From contig CANFQC010000005.1 of assembly GCA_947449035.1 (NCBI GenBank), positions 6,765 through 70,764 of the forward strand: DNA of 64,000 bases, written 5' to 3'. Position 1 is the first letter of the stretch. Each line of letters opens with the position of its first letter. The position numbers and the translations under genes are program-made. The notes under the pieces are model-generated. The model ran no database searches. It had not been told where the DNA came from and saw only the letters and a program-made list of their open reading frames with translations. Below are positions 39,248-50,928 of this stretch, piece by piece. Source of the stretch: Actinomycetota bacterium (GTDB lineage: Bacteria; Actinomycetota; Actinomycetes; S36-B12).

Positions 39248-39844
39248 TTAGTCGGTGAGCTTCGCCTTCTTCAGCGCTTGCCAGGTCAGCGGAAGCAGGC
39301 CCGCTGCAGCGAGCAGCTTGACGATGTCGCCGGGGATGAAGTCCTTGACGCCGTAAGCCCATGCCGAGTCAGCACCGAACCACGGCACGCTCAGGTTGTA
39401 CTTCAGCCAGGTGAAGCCGATGGCGTAGATGACGATGTTGCCGACGATCATCAGGCCAACTGCCTTGAAGAAGTTGCGGGTAGCGCCGTGCTCGGCGAGC
39501 TTGCCGACGATGAAGGCAGCAACGATGAAGCCGATGATGTAGCCAAAGGCAGCTCCGCCGAAGCCTGAGCTGTGCCCGGCGAACCAGGGCAGGCCGATGC
39601 CTCCGAGGAGTGCGTAAAGAGCCATGGCCGCTGCGCCGCGCAGGGAGCCGAGGGCGCCGCCGGCGAGCAGCACGGCGAAGGTCTGCAGGGTCACCGGAAC
39701 GGTGGCGTTCCAGGGCAGGTAGAAGGAGATCTGGGCGGCGAGGCCGACGAATGCGGCGCCTCCGCCGATGAGGATGGCCTGGCGGACCCAGGTGTGCGGG
39801 ACGACGTCAGCCAGGACGCGCGGCTGGGGGGATGCCAGGGCCAT
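39248..39844 (-). CDS. bioY: Biotin transporter BioY
   Basis: VPVTLQTFAVLL, GLPWFAG, GYIIGF, FIPGDIVK. Confidence 0.93.
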   Translation of the reverse strand: MALASPQPRVLADVVPHTWVRQAILIGGGAAFVGLAAQISFYLPWNATVPVTLQTFAVLLAGGALGSLRGAAAMALYALLGGIGLPWFAGHSSGFGGAAFGYIIGFIVAAFIVGKLAEHGATRNFFKAVGLMIVGNIVIYAIGFTWLKYNLSVPWFGADSAWAYGVKDFIPGDIVKLLAAAGLLPLTWQALKKAKLTD

Positions 39845-40014
39845 GTGAAACCTCCGAGGAACGCCCGCGGAAATCGCGGTGGGCCGAGACTACCGAATTC
39901 CCTCACGGCCTGGCCCTAAAGAGCCGCCTTGGTGGTGTGACCTTCGTTGCAGGGTTATCCTCAAGACAGGCATCCGTTCGAGCGCTGGGGAAGGCGAACT
40001 CGAAAGGGGGCCAG

Positions 40015-40560
40015 ATGACGGTCTTGGTGACCGCGAAGTACAGCACGGGCGCTGCCTTAGAGCAGTCGCCCTCACGTGGTGTTGTCTTCCTGCATTCGTG
40101 CCCTCGGGCGCTCAGCCCCCATCTGGAGTGGGCCCTGGCCTCTGTATTCGGTACTGAGGTGCACATTGACTGGGCCGAGCAGCCCATTTCGCCCGGTTCG
40201 GTGCGCGCCGAAATCATCTGGACAGGTGCCCCGGGCACCGGCGCCCGACTGGCCAGCGCACTACTGGCCTTCACCCAGGTGCGCTACGAGGTCACCGAGG
40301 ATTGTGCGCCCGGCCGAGACGGGGAGCGGTTCGCTGCGACACCGAATCTTGGCCTCTTCCGAGCCACGATCGGACCCTTCGGCGATGTCATGGTGCACGA
40401 AGAGCGACTGCGCACCGCGCTTTCCCATGCTCAGGTCACCGGCGACTCCATGGTTGATGAGATCGCGCGGCTGATCGGTCAGCCATGGGATGACGAACTC
40501 GAGCCCTTCCGGTCAGCCCATGAGGGTTCGACCGTGCGACTCATGCACCAGGTGGTTTAG
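40015..40560 (+). CDS. DUF3145-like protein
   Basis: RGVVFLHSCPRALSPHLEWAL, RYEVTED, GQPWDDELEPFR; convergent on the fab operon, as commonly seen in Actinobacteria. Confidence 0.85.
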   Translation: MTVLVTAKYSTGAALEQSPSRGVVFLHSCPRALSPHLEWALASVFGTEVHIDWAEQPISPGSVRAEIIWTGAPGTGARLASALLAFTQVRYEVTEDCAPGRDGERFAATPNLGLFRATIGPFGDVMVHEERLRTALSHAQVTGDSMVDEIARLIGQPWDDELEPFRSAHEGSTVRLMHQVV

Positions 40561-40563
40561 GCG

Positions 40564-41958
40564 TTACAGAGGAATGTTGCCGTGCTGTCCGCGCACGCCC
40601 GGCGTATCCAGTAGCACCTGAGCGACTGCGCGACGGGTCTCCTTCGGATCGACGATTTCGTCGACAACGCCGATCTCGACAGCTCGTGCGATTCCGCCTG
40701 AGATGACCTCGTGCTCGGCAGCCAACTCGAGTTCGACCTGCTCGCGGTTCTCGTCGGGCACCTCCGAGAGGCGACGACGATGCAAGATGCGAATCGCGGC
40801 GACCGAGCCCATGACCGCAACCTCAGCAGTGGGGAAGGCAAAGACCTTCGTGGCGCCCAGTGATGAGGCGTTCATGGCGATGTAGGCGCCGCCGTAAGCC
40901 TTTCGCGTGACAACGGTGACGCGGGGAACAACGCACTCGGCGAATGCGTGCAGGAGCTTCGCACCGCGTCGCACGACGCCTTCCCACTCCTGGCCGACAC
41001 CAGGCAGGTAGCCCGGAACGTCGACGAGCACGACCAGCGGAACGGCGAAGGCATCACACATCCGCACGAAACGGGCCGCCTTCTCCGCCGAGTTTGAGTC
41101 AAGGCAGCCGCCGAGACGAAGCGGGTTGTTGGCGACGATGCCGACAGTGCGGCCGCCAAGACGACCGAGGCCGACCACGATGTTCGGTGCCCAACGGGCG
41201 TGCAGTTCGACGAAGCTATCGGCGTCGACAAAGTGCTCCACCAACGGGTGAACGTCGTACGCACGACGTGCGGACTCCGGCATGAAGGCGCCGAGATCAA
41301 CGTCATCGATCTTGCCCATGTCGAGTGAGCCTTGGTGGCCGAGCAACTGCACCAGACGGCGACCTTCGTCGAGGGCATCTTGTTCAGTCTCGGAGACGAT
41401 GTGCACGACACCACTGCGTCGGCCATGGGGCTCGGCGCCGCCGAGGGTTTCCATGTTGACGTCTTCGCCGGTAACCGAACGCACGACCTCGGGACCGGTC
41501 ACGAAGATGCGGCCCTGCGGGCCGAGGATCACGATGTCGGTGAGTGCCGGGCCGTAGGCAGCGCCACCGGCGGCAGGACCGAGGACGATGGAGATCTGCG
41601 GAACCTTGCCGGAAATGCGCGTCATGGCCGCGAACACGCGTCCGACCGCATCGAGACTGAGTACGCCCTCGCGGAGGCGGGCTCCGCCGGAGTGCCAGAT
41701 ACCCACGATCGGCGCCGAGTCGGCGAAGGCTCGGTCATAAGCGGTGACGATGGCACGGCTGCCGTCATTTCCCATGGCACCGCCTTGCACAGTGACGTCG
41801 GTGGCGAATGCCACGACCTGGGTGCCATGGGCGCGTCCGACGGCGGCAAGTACGCCGCGGTCATCTTCGGGGGTGATGGTCTCGAAGATGCCGTCGTCGA
41901 AGAAGTTAGCCAAACGTGCGCGAGGGGAGCGGGGGTCGAGCTCGGTGGTCTCCGACAT
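40564..41958 (-). CDS. accD: Acyl-CoA carboxylase carboxyltransferase (beta) subunit, AccD6-like
   Basis: SGGARLREG, GPAAGGAAYGPALTD, VDVPGYLPG, RKAYGGAYIAM, HGNIPL; immediately downstream of fabF. Confidence 0.92.
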   Translation of the reverse strand: MSETTELDPRSPRARLANFFDDGIFETITPEDDRGVLAAVGRAHGTQVVAFATDVTVQGGAMGNDGSRAIVTAYDRAFADSAPIVGIWHSGGARLREGVLSLDAVGRVFAAMTRISGKVPQISIVLGPAAGGAAYGPALTDIVILGPQGRIFVTGPEVVRSVTGEDVNMETLGGAEPHGRRSGVVHIVSETEQDALDEGRRLVQLLGHQGSLDMGKIDDVDLGAFMPESARRAYDVHPLVEHFVDADSFVELHARWAPNIVVGLGRLGGRTVGIVANNPLRLGGCLDSNSAEKAARFVRMCDAFAVPLVVLVDVPGYLPGVGQEWEGVVRRGAKLLHAFAECVVPRVTVVTRKAYGGAYIAMNASSLGATKVFAFPTAEVAVMGSVAAIRILHRRRLSEVPDENREQVELELAAEHEVISGGIARAVEIGVVDEIVDPKETRRAVAQVLLDTPGVRGQHGNIPL

Positions 41959-41959
41959 G

Positions 41960-43192
<1,233 letters not shown>

Positions 43193-43282
43193 GTGTGTCT
43201 CCTGTGCAGTGCGTTTCTGCGGTTTAAGAAGTGCGGGTGTTCGGGTGTAGCCGTGCTGGTATTGCGGTGCTGCCTAGGACGT

Positions 43283-43308
43283 CGGTGGGGCAGTTGCCTG
43301 CCCCACCG
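43283..43308 (-). terminator. Hairpin downstream of acpP (stabiliser or terminator)
   Basis: CGGTGGGGCAG-TTGC-CTGCCCCACCG, perfect 11-bp stem. Confidence 0.7.
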
Positions 43309-43317
43309 CGAAAAGTC

Positions 43318-43554
43318 CTAGAGGTTTGCCGAGATGTAGGTGACGGCGTCGCCGACAGTCTTGAGGTTCTTGACCTCGCTGTCGGGGATCTTCACGCCCC
43401 ACTTGTCTTCGGCGGCCATGACAACCTCGACCATCGACAGGGAGTCGATATCCAGATCGTCGACAAATGACTTGTCGGCCTGAACGTCAGCAACCGGAAC
43501 ACCGGCGACCTCGTTCACGATAACTGCCAGGCCGCTCAGGATGTCCTCGCTCAT
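43318..43554 (-). CDS. acpP: Acyl carrier protein
   Basis: DDLDIDSLSMVEV phosphopantetheine motif. Confidence 0.96.
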   Translation of the reverse strand: MSEDILSGLAVIVNEVAGVPVADVQADKSFVDDLDIDSLSMVEVVMAAEDKWGVKIPDSEVKNLKTVGDAVTYISANL

Positions 43555-43602
43555 GTTCTTCCTTCCATTCATTAGTGGGTAACTGCGGGTTATGCGGTGG
43601 TG

Positions 43603-44607
43603 CTACGGCAAGGTGACGACCTGGGAGGCGAACACGAGGCCCGCTCCGAAGCCGATCAGTAATGCCGTGCCGCCGTGCTCGACCTCGTGGTCATCGAGCA
43701 TGCGCTCCATGGCCAGCGGGATCGAGGCGGCGGACGTATTTCCGGTGTACGCAATGTCGCGTGCGACAGGTACGTGCGCCGGAAGCTTCAATGCGCGAAT
43801 CATCGCATCGGTGATACGCATATTCGCCTGATGCGGAATGAACGCATCGAGATCGTCGGCAGAGACCTGCGCGACATCAAGTGCGCGCTGGGCGGTCTTC
43901 GCCATGTCGCCCACGGCCCATCGGAAGACCTGCTGGCCTTGCATGGTGAGAGCGGGGAAGATCGGCCCGGGCTCATCGCGGTATTCCACGAGCGACTGGG
44001 TCATGTTGATCGCGTCGCGCTGTTCGCCATCGGAGCCCCAGACCACGGGGCCTATTGCCGGAACGTCAGACGGACCAATGACGACCGCACCCGCTCCGTC
44101 AGCGAAGATGAATGCGGTGCTGCGATCGCTGTGGTCTGTCCAGTCGGAGAGCTTTTCGACGCCAATGACGATCACGTACTTGGCGGCGCCACTGCGCACG
44201 ACGGAATCAGCGAGAGCGATGCCGTAGCAAAAGCCCGCACAGGCGGAGGAGATGTCGGTGGCGGCTGCACCGATTGCACCGACACGAAAGGCCACCTCTG
44301 CTGCGGCCGAGGGAGTCGGATAGGGGTGAGTCACCGACGCGACGAGCACGAGGCCAACATCAGCGGCGTCGATACCTGACTTGTCGAGAGCCTTGGTCGC
44401 TGCCGCGGTGGCCATATCGACCACGCTTTCATCGTCGGCGGCATAACGACGCTCGATGATGCCGGAGCGCTCACGGATCCATTCATCAGAGGAGTCGATG
44501 CGCTTGCACACTTCGTCGTTGGTGACGATTCGGCTGGGGCGATAGCCGCCCACCGACATGATGCGCGCATACGCGGCACCTGTTGCCGGCGTGATGGTGG
44601 CGGTCAC
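43603..44607 (-). CDS. fabH: 3-oxoacyl-ACP synthase III
   Basis: SACAGF, PHQAN, GNTSAAS, GFGAGL. Confidence 0.96.
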   Translation of the reverse strand: MTATITPATGAAYARIMSVGGYRPSRIVTNDEVCKRIDSSDEWIRERSGIIERRYAADDESVVDMATAAATKALDKSGIDAADVGLVLVASVTHPYPTPSAAAEVAFRVGAIGAAATDISSACAGFCYGIALADSVVRSGAAKYVIVIGVEKLSDWTDHSDRSTAFIFADGAGAVVIGPSDVPAIGPVVWGSDGEQRDAINMTQSLVEYRDEPGPIFPALTMQGQQVFRWAVGDMAKTAQRALDVAQVSADDLDAFIPHQANMRITDAMIRALKLPAHVPVARDIAYTGNTSAASIPLAMERMLDDHEVEHGGTALLIGFGAGLVFASQVVTLP

Positions 44608-45803
44608 GCCATGGCCTCCTGAGCCTCAGGATGCAGGCGCACGATCGGCTGGCCGGGGGAAACTAGATCGCCGTCGTGCACGAGCCACTCGACGACTGTG
44701 CCGCCATGCGGTGCCAGGACTCCGTGGCTCTCGCGCAAGGTGTCGACGGAGCCGACGGACTCGCCCGCGACAAGTGCATCACCTGGTTGGGCCTGCGACA
44801 GAAGTCGGAAGGTGCCCTTGGCGGGAGCGATGAGCAGGCGCCAGGTCGGGCTGGAGTCCAGGCTCGACTTCCGGCCATGAGTCTCAATCATTGCCCAGGC
44901 GGCATCGAGATCATCGGGACTCTTGAGTGCGAGGGTTTCGACACCGGGGAGTGCGCGCTTGATCAGGCCGGTAAGGGCGCCTGCCGGCGGAATCTCGATT
45001 ACGGCTGTCACGCCGAGATCAGCCATGGTCTGCATGCACAGATCCCAGCGCACGGGATTACTGACCTGGTTGACGAGACGCTTGAGAACCTGACGGCCGT
45101 CGTGGACGATCTGGCCGTCGGCATTGCTGATGAGCTTTACGCGCGGGTCATGGGTGGAAATCGAACGCGCGTAGCCGCCGAGAGTGGCCACTGCAGGAGC
45201 CATGTGGTGAGTGTGGAAAGCGCCGGCAACCTCGAGCGGGCGTACGCGCGAGCCCTCGGGTGCGTCAGCGGCGAATGCTGCGAGTTGCTCCATGGTGCCT
45301 GCCACGACGATCTGGCCTGCGCCATTCATGTTGGCCGGGGTCAGTCCGTGCTTCTCAGCGTGTGCAACGACAACATCGGCGTCTCCGCCCAAAACGGCGC
45401 TCATGCCAGTGGCGGTGACAGCTGCAGCAGCGGCCATACCCTTGCCGCGCTCGCGCACGAAGACCATGGCCTGCTCAGCAGAGAGCACGCCGGCACCGAC
45501 TGACGCGGTGATCTCGCCGACTGAGTGACCGGCGCCTGCACCGATCTGAGAGAAGGCAGCGGAAGGATGGGGAAAGAGGCTGAGCATGGTGACCAGGCCG
45601 GCGCCGACAATCAGCGGCTGCGCAATAGCGGTGTCACGGATCGTGTCGGCATCGGAGGTCGTGCCGTGGGCGACGAGATCGATTCCGGCGACAGCACTGA
45701 GCCATTCAAGGCGATCCTTCACCCCCGGGACATCGAGCCATGGGGCGAGGAAACCTGGGGTTTGGGAGCCCTGTCCGGGCGCTACGACTACGAGCACCTT
45801 CAT
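44604..45803 (-). CDS. fabD: Malonyl-CoA:ACP transacylase with C-terminal biotinyl/lipoyl-like domain
   Basis: PGQGSQ, GHSVG, AGAFHT; extra C-terminal ~80 aa with APAKG...APHGGTV..GD.V.PGQP pattern; start 45803 or 45797. Confidence 0.92.
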   Translation of the reverse strand: MKVLVVVAPGQGSQTPGFLAPWLDVPGVKDRLEWLSAVAGIDLVAHGTTSDADTIRDTAIAQPLIVGAGLVTMLSLFPHPSAAFSQIGAGAGHSVGEITASVGAGVLSAEQAMVFVRERGKGMAAAAAVTATGMSAVLGGDADVVVAHAEKHGLTPANMNGAGQIVVAGTMEQLAAFAADAPEGSRVRPLEVAGAFHTHHMAPAVATLGGYARSISTHDPRVKLISNADGQIVHDGRQVLKRLVNQVSNPVRWDLCMQTMADLGVTAVIEIPPAGALTGLIKRALPGVETLALKSPDDLDAAWAMIETHGRKSSLDSSPTWRLLIAPAKGTFRLLSQAQPGDALVAGESVGSVDTLRESHGVLAPHGGTVVEWLVHDGDLVSPGQPIVRLHPEAQEAMA

Positions 45804-45864
45804 AGCCTTCCGTGAACACAGTGGGGATTGCGCTGCCGAACGAGCCAATGTCGAGCGCTTACAT

Positions 45865-45881
45865 TTGTAGGAATCCTACAA
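45865..45881. promoter_or_regulatory. Palindromic FasR/MabR-type operator upstream of fabD
   Basis: TTGTAGGA-A-TCCTACAA (TTGT-N9-ACAA), overlapping the fasR stop codon. Confidence 0.72.
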
Positions 45882-47015
45882 GGTGGCCAGTCGCCCCAGG
45901 GTCAGGGCCAGGCGGAGGGCATAGGCCCCGCGGGCCTCCGTGGGGGAATGCCCCGTGATCTCGGTAATCCGGCGAAGGCGATACCTGACGGTGTTGGGGT
46001 GGACGACCAGGGTTCGAGCTGTCGCCTCCAGTGAAGGTGACTGTTCTAGGTAGGCCGCAGCGGTGGTCACGAGGGCCTGGTCGGCGACCAACGGCACGTA
46101 CACCGTGGCAATGAGGTGGTCGACGGCGCTCGCATCGCCGAGCAGGGCTCGCTCGGGCAAAAGCTCATCGGCCGACACGATGCGGGGGGCCGCAGGCCAG
46201 CCCGGTACTGCGCGAAGCCCACTGATGGTCTCGCGCGCTTGCTCGGGAAGGGAGAGGAAGCCGGTGATCACATGGCTGTGCACCACTGGCCCTGGACCGA
46301 AATGCGGTGACAGGAGTCGCGCGGTGCGATCGGCATCAGCGACTCCGCCGGCAATGGCGAGCAACGTGGTGCCGTGAATTCCGGTGAGCAGTTCGACATC
46401 GTGATGAAGTGCTGCTCGTCGAAGGACGTCGAGTGATGCCTCCGGGTGACCGACGGGCGCAGCGCCCGCGAGCACCATCAATGACGTGCGATTTGTCCAG
46501 CCGAGGGCATTGACGCGACCGATCACTGACTCGTCGAGTTCATCACGTAAGAGTGCATCAACGACCAGTGACTCCAGTCGCGCATCCCAGGCACCTCGTG
46601 CCTCGGCCGCGCGGGCGTAAACCTCTGCGGCCGAGAACGCGATCTCACGCGAGTAGCGAAGGATCGATTCGCGCAGGCGCGGACGATCGCGTTCCTCAGC
46701 GAGATCATCGATGCTGGCCTCGACAACATCGATGGTGGTGCGCACGAGGTCAACGGTCTGCTCGAGTGAGATCACCCGGGCGAGCTCGCGCGGTGCGGCG
46801 CCGAAGACATCAGAGGTGAGGGCACGGTTAGAACCCTGGGCGCTGTGCCACTCGATGAAGGCGTTGATGCCTGCCTGCGCGACCGAGGACACCCATGTGC
46901 GTTCCTGTGCGCCGAGCTCGCGATACCAGGGGAGGGATTCCTCCATCCGAAGAGTGGCCGCAGTCGCCAATGCTCCCGCGGCGAGCGAGAGTCGACGATC
47001 GCCGGATTCGGTCAC
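45876..47015 (-). CDS. fasR: PucR-family fatty acid biosynthesis regulator (FasR/MabR-like)
   Basis: LPWYREL, FGAAPRELARVISL, YSREIAF..A.VYARAAE.RGAWDARLE, HTH VHPNTVRYRL. Confidence 0.9.
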   Translation of the reverse strand: MTESGDRRLSLAAGALATAATLRMEESLPWYRELGAQERTWVSSVAQAGINAFIEWHSAQGSNRALTSDVFGAAPRELARVISLEQTVDLVRTTIDVVEASIDDLAEERDRPRLRESILRYSREIAFSAAEVYARAAEARGAWDARLESLVVDALLRDELDESVIGRVNALGWTNRTSLMVLAGAAPVGHPEASLDVLRRAALHHDVELLTGIHGTTLLAIAGGVADADRTARLLSPHFGPGPVVHSHVITGFLSLPEQARETISGLRAVPGWPAAPRIVSADELLPERALLGDASAVDHLIATVYVPLVADQALVTTAAAYLEQSPSLEATARTLVVHPNTVRYRLRRITEITGHSPTEARGAYALRLALTLGRLATL

Positions 47016-47017
47016 GG

Positions 47018-48169
47018 TCAGCCAATGGAAGCGCCGGTGACAGCGCTGACGATCTTGCCGATGCCGAAGGTCACGGCAGCCGCGCCGACACCCCACATCA
47101 GCTGGCGACCCACGGAGAAGAACACATTGCGGCCGGAGAGCTTTCCGACTGTGGCACCGACGAGGATCATCGCGAGCAGCGAGAGACAGATGGCGGTGAT
47201 CAGCGCAGCAGTTCCGGTGAGGAAGAAGTACGGAAGTACGACGAAGGAAGCGCCGACCGCGAAGGAGATGAAACTCGAGATAGCGACCTTGACCGGCGAG
47301 CCGAGTTCGTCGGGATCCAGGCCGAGTTCCTCGCGTGCCAAGGTCTCAAGTGCCATCTTGGGATCAGACATGATCTGAGATGCGGTCTGAGCGGCGATCT
47401 CGCGAGAGATGCCCTTGGCGCGGTAGATGAGTTCGAGTTCCTTCTGTTCCTCGGCCGGGTTATCACGCAGTTCGGAAGCTTCCATCTCGATCTCGCGACG
47501 GAAGAGATCTCGCTGGCTGGCCACACTCACGTACTCGCCGGCGGCCATGGAGAAGGCGCCGGCAAACAGGCCTGCAAGTCCGGCGAAAAGCACCGTGCTG
47601 TTCGCGGTCTGGGCGCCCGCGAATCCCATGACCAGTGCCGTGTTGGACACGAGGCCGTCGCTGATGCCGAACACTGCGGCGCGGATGGAGCCCGAGCGAT
47701 CAGTGCGGTGCCACTTCTCGCCATTGCTTGGGCTCAGTACTCGATGCGGTGCGCGACCTTGCAGCACGAGTTTTGAGGGATCCTCGCGCATCAGGCGAAG
47801 TGCCTCGGCGTGCGCGCGCTCGTCATCGCTCATGCCAAGCGGTGCCTCAGGCTCGTCGTCATACATGCCCGATGCTGCGCCTTCGACATCTTCGAGCGTC
47901 TGAAGCACTCCATCGAGCCCAGCTGCGCGCGCACGTGCGAGTAGGCCCGCATCGTTGGGATCGAGGTCCAAAGGTGCAGGAGGAACGGCAATTCCGTACT
48001 CCTGCAGTTTATCCACCCAGTGCGCGGCATGATGCTCTTCGATCTCAGCAAGCTCGAGCAACGCTTCGCGACGATCACCGTCGGTGGTCTCAGCCAGCGC
48101 GCGATACAGCAGAACTGCGTTGCGCTCGGCCTCGAGGTATCCGAGGAATCGCTTGGGGTCTTGGCTCAT
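47018..48169 (-). CDS. Rubrerythrin-like + VIT1/CCC1 family iron/manganese transporter
   Basis: N-terminal ExxH motifs (EIEEHH, DERAH); RAAVFGISDGLVS, SMAAGEYVSV, REELGLDP. Confidence 0.9.
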   Translation of the reverse strand: MSQDPKRFLGYLEAERNAVLLYRALAETTDGDRREALLELAEIEEHHAAHWVDKLQEYGIAVPPAPLDLDPNDAGLLARARAAGLDGVLQTLEDVEGAASGMYDDEPEAPLGMSDDERAHAEALRLMREDPSKLVLQGRAPHRVLSPSNGEKWHRTDRSGSIRAAVFGISDGLVSNTALVMGFAGAQTANSTVLFAGLAGLFAGAFSMAAGEYVSVASQRDLFRREIEMEASELRDNPAEEQKELELIYRAKGISREIAAQTASQIMSDPKMALETLAREELGLDPDELGSPVKVAISSFISFAVGASFVVLPYFFLTGTAALITAICLSLLAMILVGATVGKLSGRNVFFSVGRQLMWGVGAAAVTFGIGKIVSAVTGASIG

Positions 48170-48171
48170 GA

Positions 48172-50928
48172 TCAGCCTGAACCTTCGGTGTTGCCTGCAT
48201 CGGCTGCAGACGGATCATCGAGTGAGTAGCGATCGACGGCTTCGCGAAGTCGATTCCGATCGAACTGACCCTGCTTGGCCAGCATCGTGAGCGCTTGAAC
48301 CGTGATCGACTCGCCGTCGACCAGGAAGTGACGACGCAGTGCGCCACGAGTGTCAGACATGCCCCACCCATCAGTGCCGAGCGAGACGAACTCCTGCGGA
48401 ACCCATTCGCGGATTTGATCCTGCACGGCGCGCATCCAGTCAGAGACCGCGACAACCGGCCCCTGACGACCTTCCAGGCGCTGAGTTACGTACGGAATTC
48501 GCTGCTCGGCATCGGGGTTGAGGAAGTTGAAGCGATCTGTCGCAAGTCCATCGCGACGAAGCTCATTCCAGGAGGTCACCGACCAGACATCGGCGAAGAC
48601 GCCCCACTGCTCGCGCAGGAGTTCTTGTGCCTTTAGCGCCCAGTTCACGCCGACACCGCTGGCGAGCAGCTGCACGTGCGGACCATCACCGTGCGATTCG
48701 CTGACCAGATGCATGCCACGCAGAATCCCGTCGACGTCAACGTTCTCCGGCTCGGCAGGCTGCGGGTATGGCTCGTTGTAGATAGTGAGGTAGTAGTAGA
48801 TGTCCTCTGGGCTTTCGCCATACATGCGACGCAGGCCGTCCTTGACGATGTGACCGAGCTCGTAACCGAATGCCGGGTCGTATGCGACGACGGCGGGGTT
48901 GGTTGCTGCGAGCAGCAGCGAGTGACCGTCTTCGTGCTGCAGGCCCTCACCGTTGAGTGTGGTGCGACCTGCAGTGGCACCGAGCACGAAGCCGCGAGCC
49001 ATTTGGTCCATGGCTGCCCAGAAGGCATCGCCGGTGCGCTGGAACCCGAACATCGAGTATAAGATGTAGATCGGGATAACTGCTTCGCCGTGAGTGGAGT
49101 ACGACGTGCCTGCTGCAGTGAACGAGGCGACGGAGCCGGCCTCATTGATCCCCTCATGCAGGATCTGCCCGGTGACAGACTCCTTGTACGACAGCATCAA
49201 CTCGCGATCGACGGAGATGTACTGCTGTCCGTGCGGGGAGTAGATCTTCGCGGTCGGGAACATGGCATCCATGCCGAAGGTGCGCGCTTCATCGGGAATG
49301 ATCGGCACGAACCGATGACCGATGTTCTCGTCCTTCATCAAGTCCTTCAGCAAGCGGACGAAGGCCATCGTGGTGGCCACCGACTGCTTGCCCGAGCCGC
49401 GACGTACGACCTCGTAGGCGTCATCGCCTGGCAAGGTCAAGGGCTTCGCGACATTGCGACGAGTGGGGACCGAGCCGCCGAGCTTGCTGCGGGTCTCGTT
49501 CACGTAGTGCATGACATCGCTGTCGGGGCCGGGGTGGAAGTACGGCGGCAGGTACGGGTCAAGTTGCGAGTCAGGGATCGGGATCTCCATGAGATCGCGG
49601 AAGTCCTTGAGATCGTCAAGCGAGAGCTTCTTCATCTGGTGGGTGGAGTTGCGGCCCTCGAAGTGCGAACCGAGAGTCCATCCCTTGATGGTGTGAGCCA
49701 AGATGACGGTCGGCTGACCCTTCGTGGCGTTCGCAGCCTCGTACGCGGCATACAGCTTGCGGTAATCGTGACCACCTCGACGCAGTGACCAGATCTCCTC
49801 GTCGCTCCAGCCCTCGACCAGTTTGGCCGTGCGCGGATCGCGTCCGAAGAAGTTATCGCGCACGAATGCGCCGCTCTCGGACTTGTAGGTCTGGAAGTCG
49901 CCGTCAGGCGTTGCGTTCATCAAGTTGACGAGGGCACCATCGCGGTCAGCAGCGAGGAGTTCATCCCAACGACGGCCCCAGATCACCTTGATGACATTCC
50001 AGCCTGCGCCGCGGAACAAGCTCTCGAGTTCCTGGATGATCTTGCCGTTACCGCGCACGGGGCCATCGAGTCGCTGCAGGTTGCAGTTGACGACGAACAC
50101 GAGGTTGTCGAGCTCCTCGCGTGCGGCCAGACCGATCGCACCTACGGCATCGACCTCATCGGTCTCACCGTCTCCGAGGAAGGCCCACACCTTCTGGTCC
50201 GAGGCATCCTTGATGCCGCGATGGGTGATGTACTTGTTGAAGCGTGCCTGGTAGATCGCGTTCAGCGGACCGATGCCCATCGACACGGTCGGGAACTGCC
50301 AGAACCACGGCAGCAGACGCGGATGCGGGTATGACGGCAGGCCGCCACCGGGATGCGAGACCTCCTGGCGGAAGCCATCGAGCTGATGCTCGGTTAGACG
50401 ACCTTCGAGGAAGGCGCGGGCGTAGATGCCGGGGGATGCGTGACCTTGGAAGAAGACCTGGTCGCCGCCGCTGGGGTGATCGGGGCCGCGGAAGAAGTGG
50501 TTGAAGCCGACCTCGTACAGCGACGCGGACGATGCGTAGCTGGAGATATGACCGCCGACGGAGATGCCGGGGCGCTGTGCGCGATGCACCATGATCGCGG
50601 CATTCCAGCGGATGATCTGGCGGATGCGATGCTCAACTTCTTCGTCACCGGGGAACCATGGCTCGCGCTCCGGCGGGATGGTGTTGATGTAGTCGGTGCT
50701 GCGCAGGCTGGGAAGGCCGACATTGCGCTCCGCGGCTCGTCGCAGCAGCGACAGCATCACATAGCGCGCGCGGTAGTTTCCGCCCTCGTTGACCAGCTGG
50801 TCGAAGGACTCGACCCATTCCGAGGTCTCATCGGGGTCGACATCGACGTACTGAGTGGGCAGACCACCCGCGAGTAGCGGGTCGCGATCGCGTCCGGGGG
50901 CCACGTATTCCCTTTCGAAGGCCGGCAC
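48172..50928 (-). CDS. aceE: Pyruvate dehydrogenase E1 component, homodimeric type
   Basis: [56 protein letters not shown]. Confidence 0.98.
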   Translation of the reverse strand: MPAFEREYVAPGRDRDPLLAGGLPTQYVDVDPDETSEWVESFDQLVNEGGNYRARYVMLSLLRRAAERNVGLPSLRSTDYINTIPPEREPWFPGDEEVEHRIRQIIRWNAAIMVHRAQRPGISVGGHISSYASSASLYEVGFNHFFRGPDHPSGGDQVFFQGHASPGIYARAFLEGRLTEHQLDGFRQEVSHPGGGLPSYPHPRLLPWFWQFPTVSMGIGPLNAIYQARFNKYITHRGIKDASDQKVWAFLGDGETDEVDAVGAIGLAAREELDNLVFVVNCNLQRLDGPVRGNGKIIQELESLFRGAGWNVIKVIWGRRWDELLAADRDGALVNLMNATPDGDFQTYKSESGAFVRDNFFGRDPRTAKLVEGWSDEEIWSLRRGGHDYRKLYAAYEAANATKGQPTVILAHTIKGWTLGSHFEGRNSTHQMKKLSLDDLKDFRDLMEIPIPDSQLDPYLPPYFHPGPDSDVMHYVNETRSKLGGSVPTRRNVAKPLTLPGDDAYEVVRRGSGKQSVATTMAFVRLLKDLMKDENIGHRFVPIIPDEARTFGMDAMFPTAKIYSPHGQQYISVDRELMLSYKESVTGQILHEGINEAGSVASFTAAGTSYSTHGEAVIPIYILYSMFGFQRTGDAFWAAMDQMARGFVLGATAGRTTLNGEGLQHEDGHSLLLAATNPAVVAYDPAFGYELGHIVKDGLRRMYGESPEDIYYYLTIYNEPYPQPAEPENVDVDGILRGMHLVSESHGDGPHVQLLASGVGVNWALKAQELLREQWGVFADVWSVTSWNELRRDGLATDRFNFLNPDAEQRIPYVTQRLEGRQGPVVAVSDWMRAVQDQIREWVPQEFVSLGTDGWGMSDTRGALRRHFLVDGESITVQALTMLAKQGQFDRNRLREAVDRYSLDDPSAADAGNTEGSG

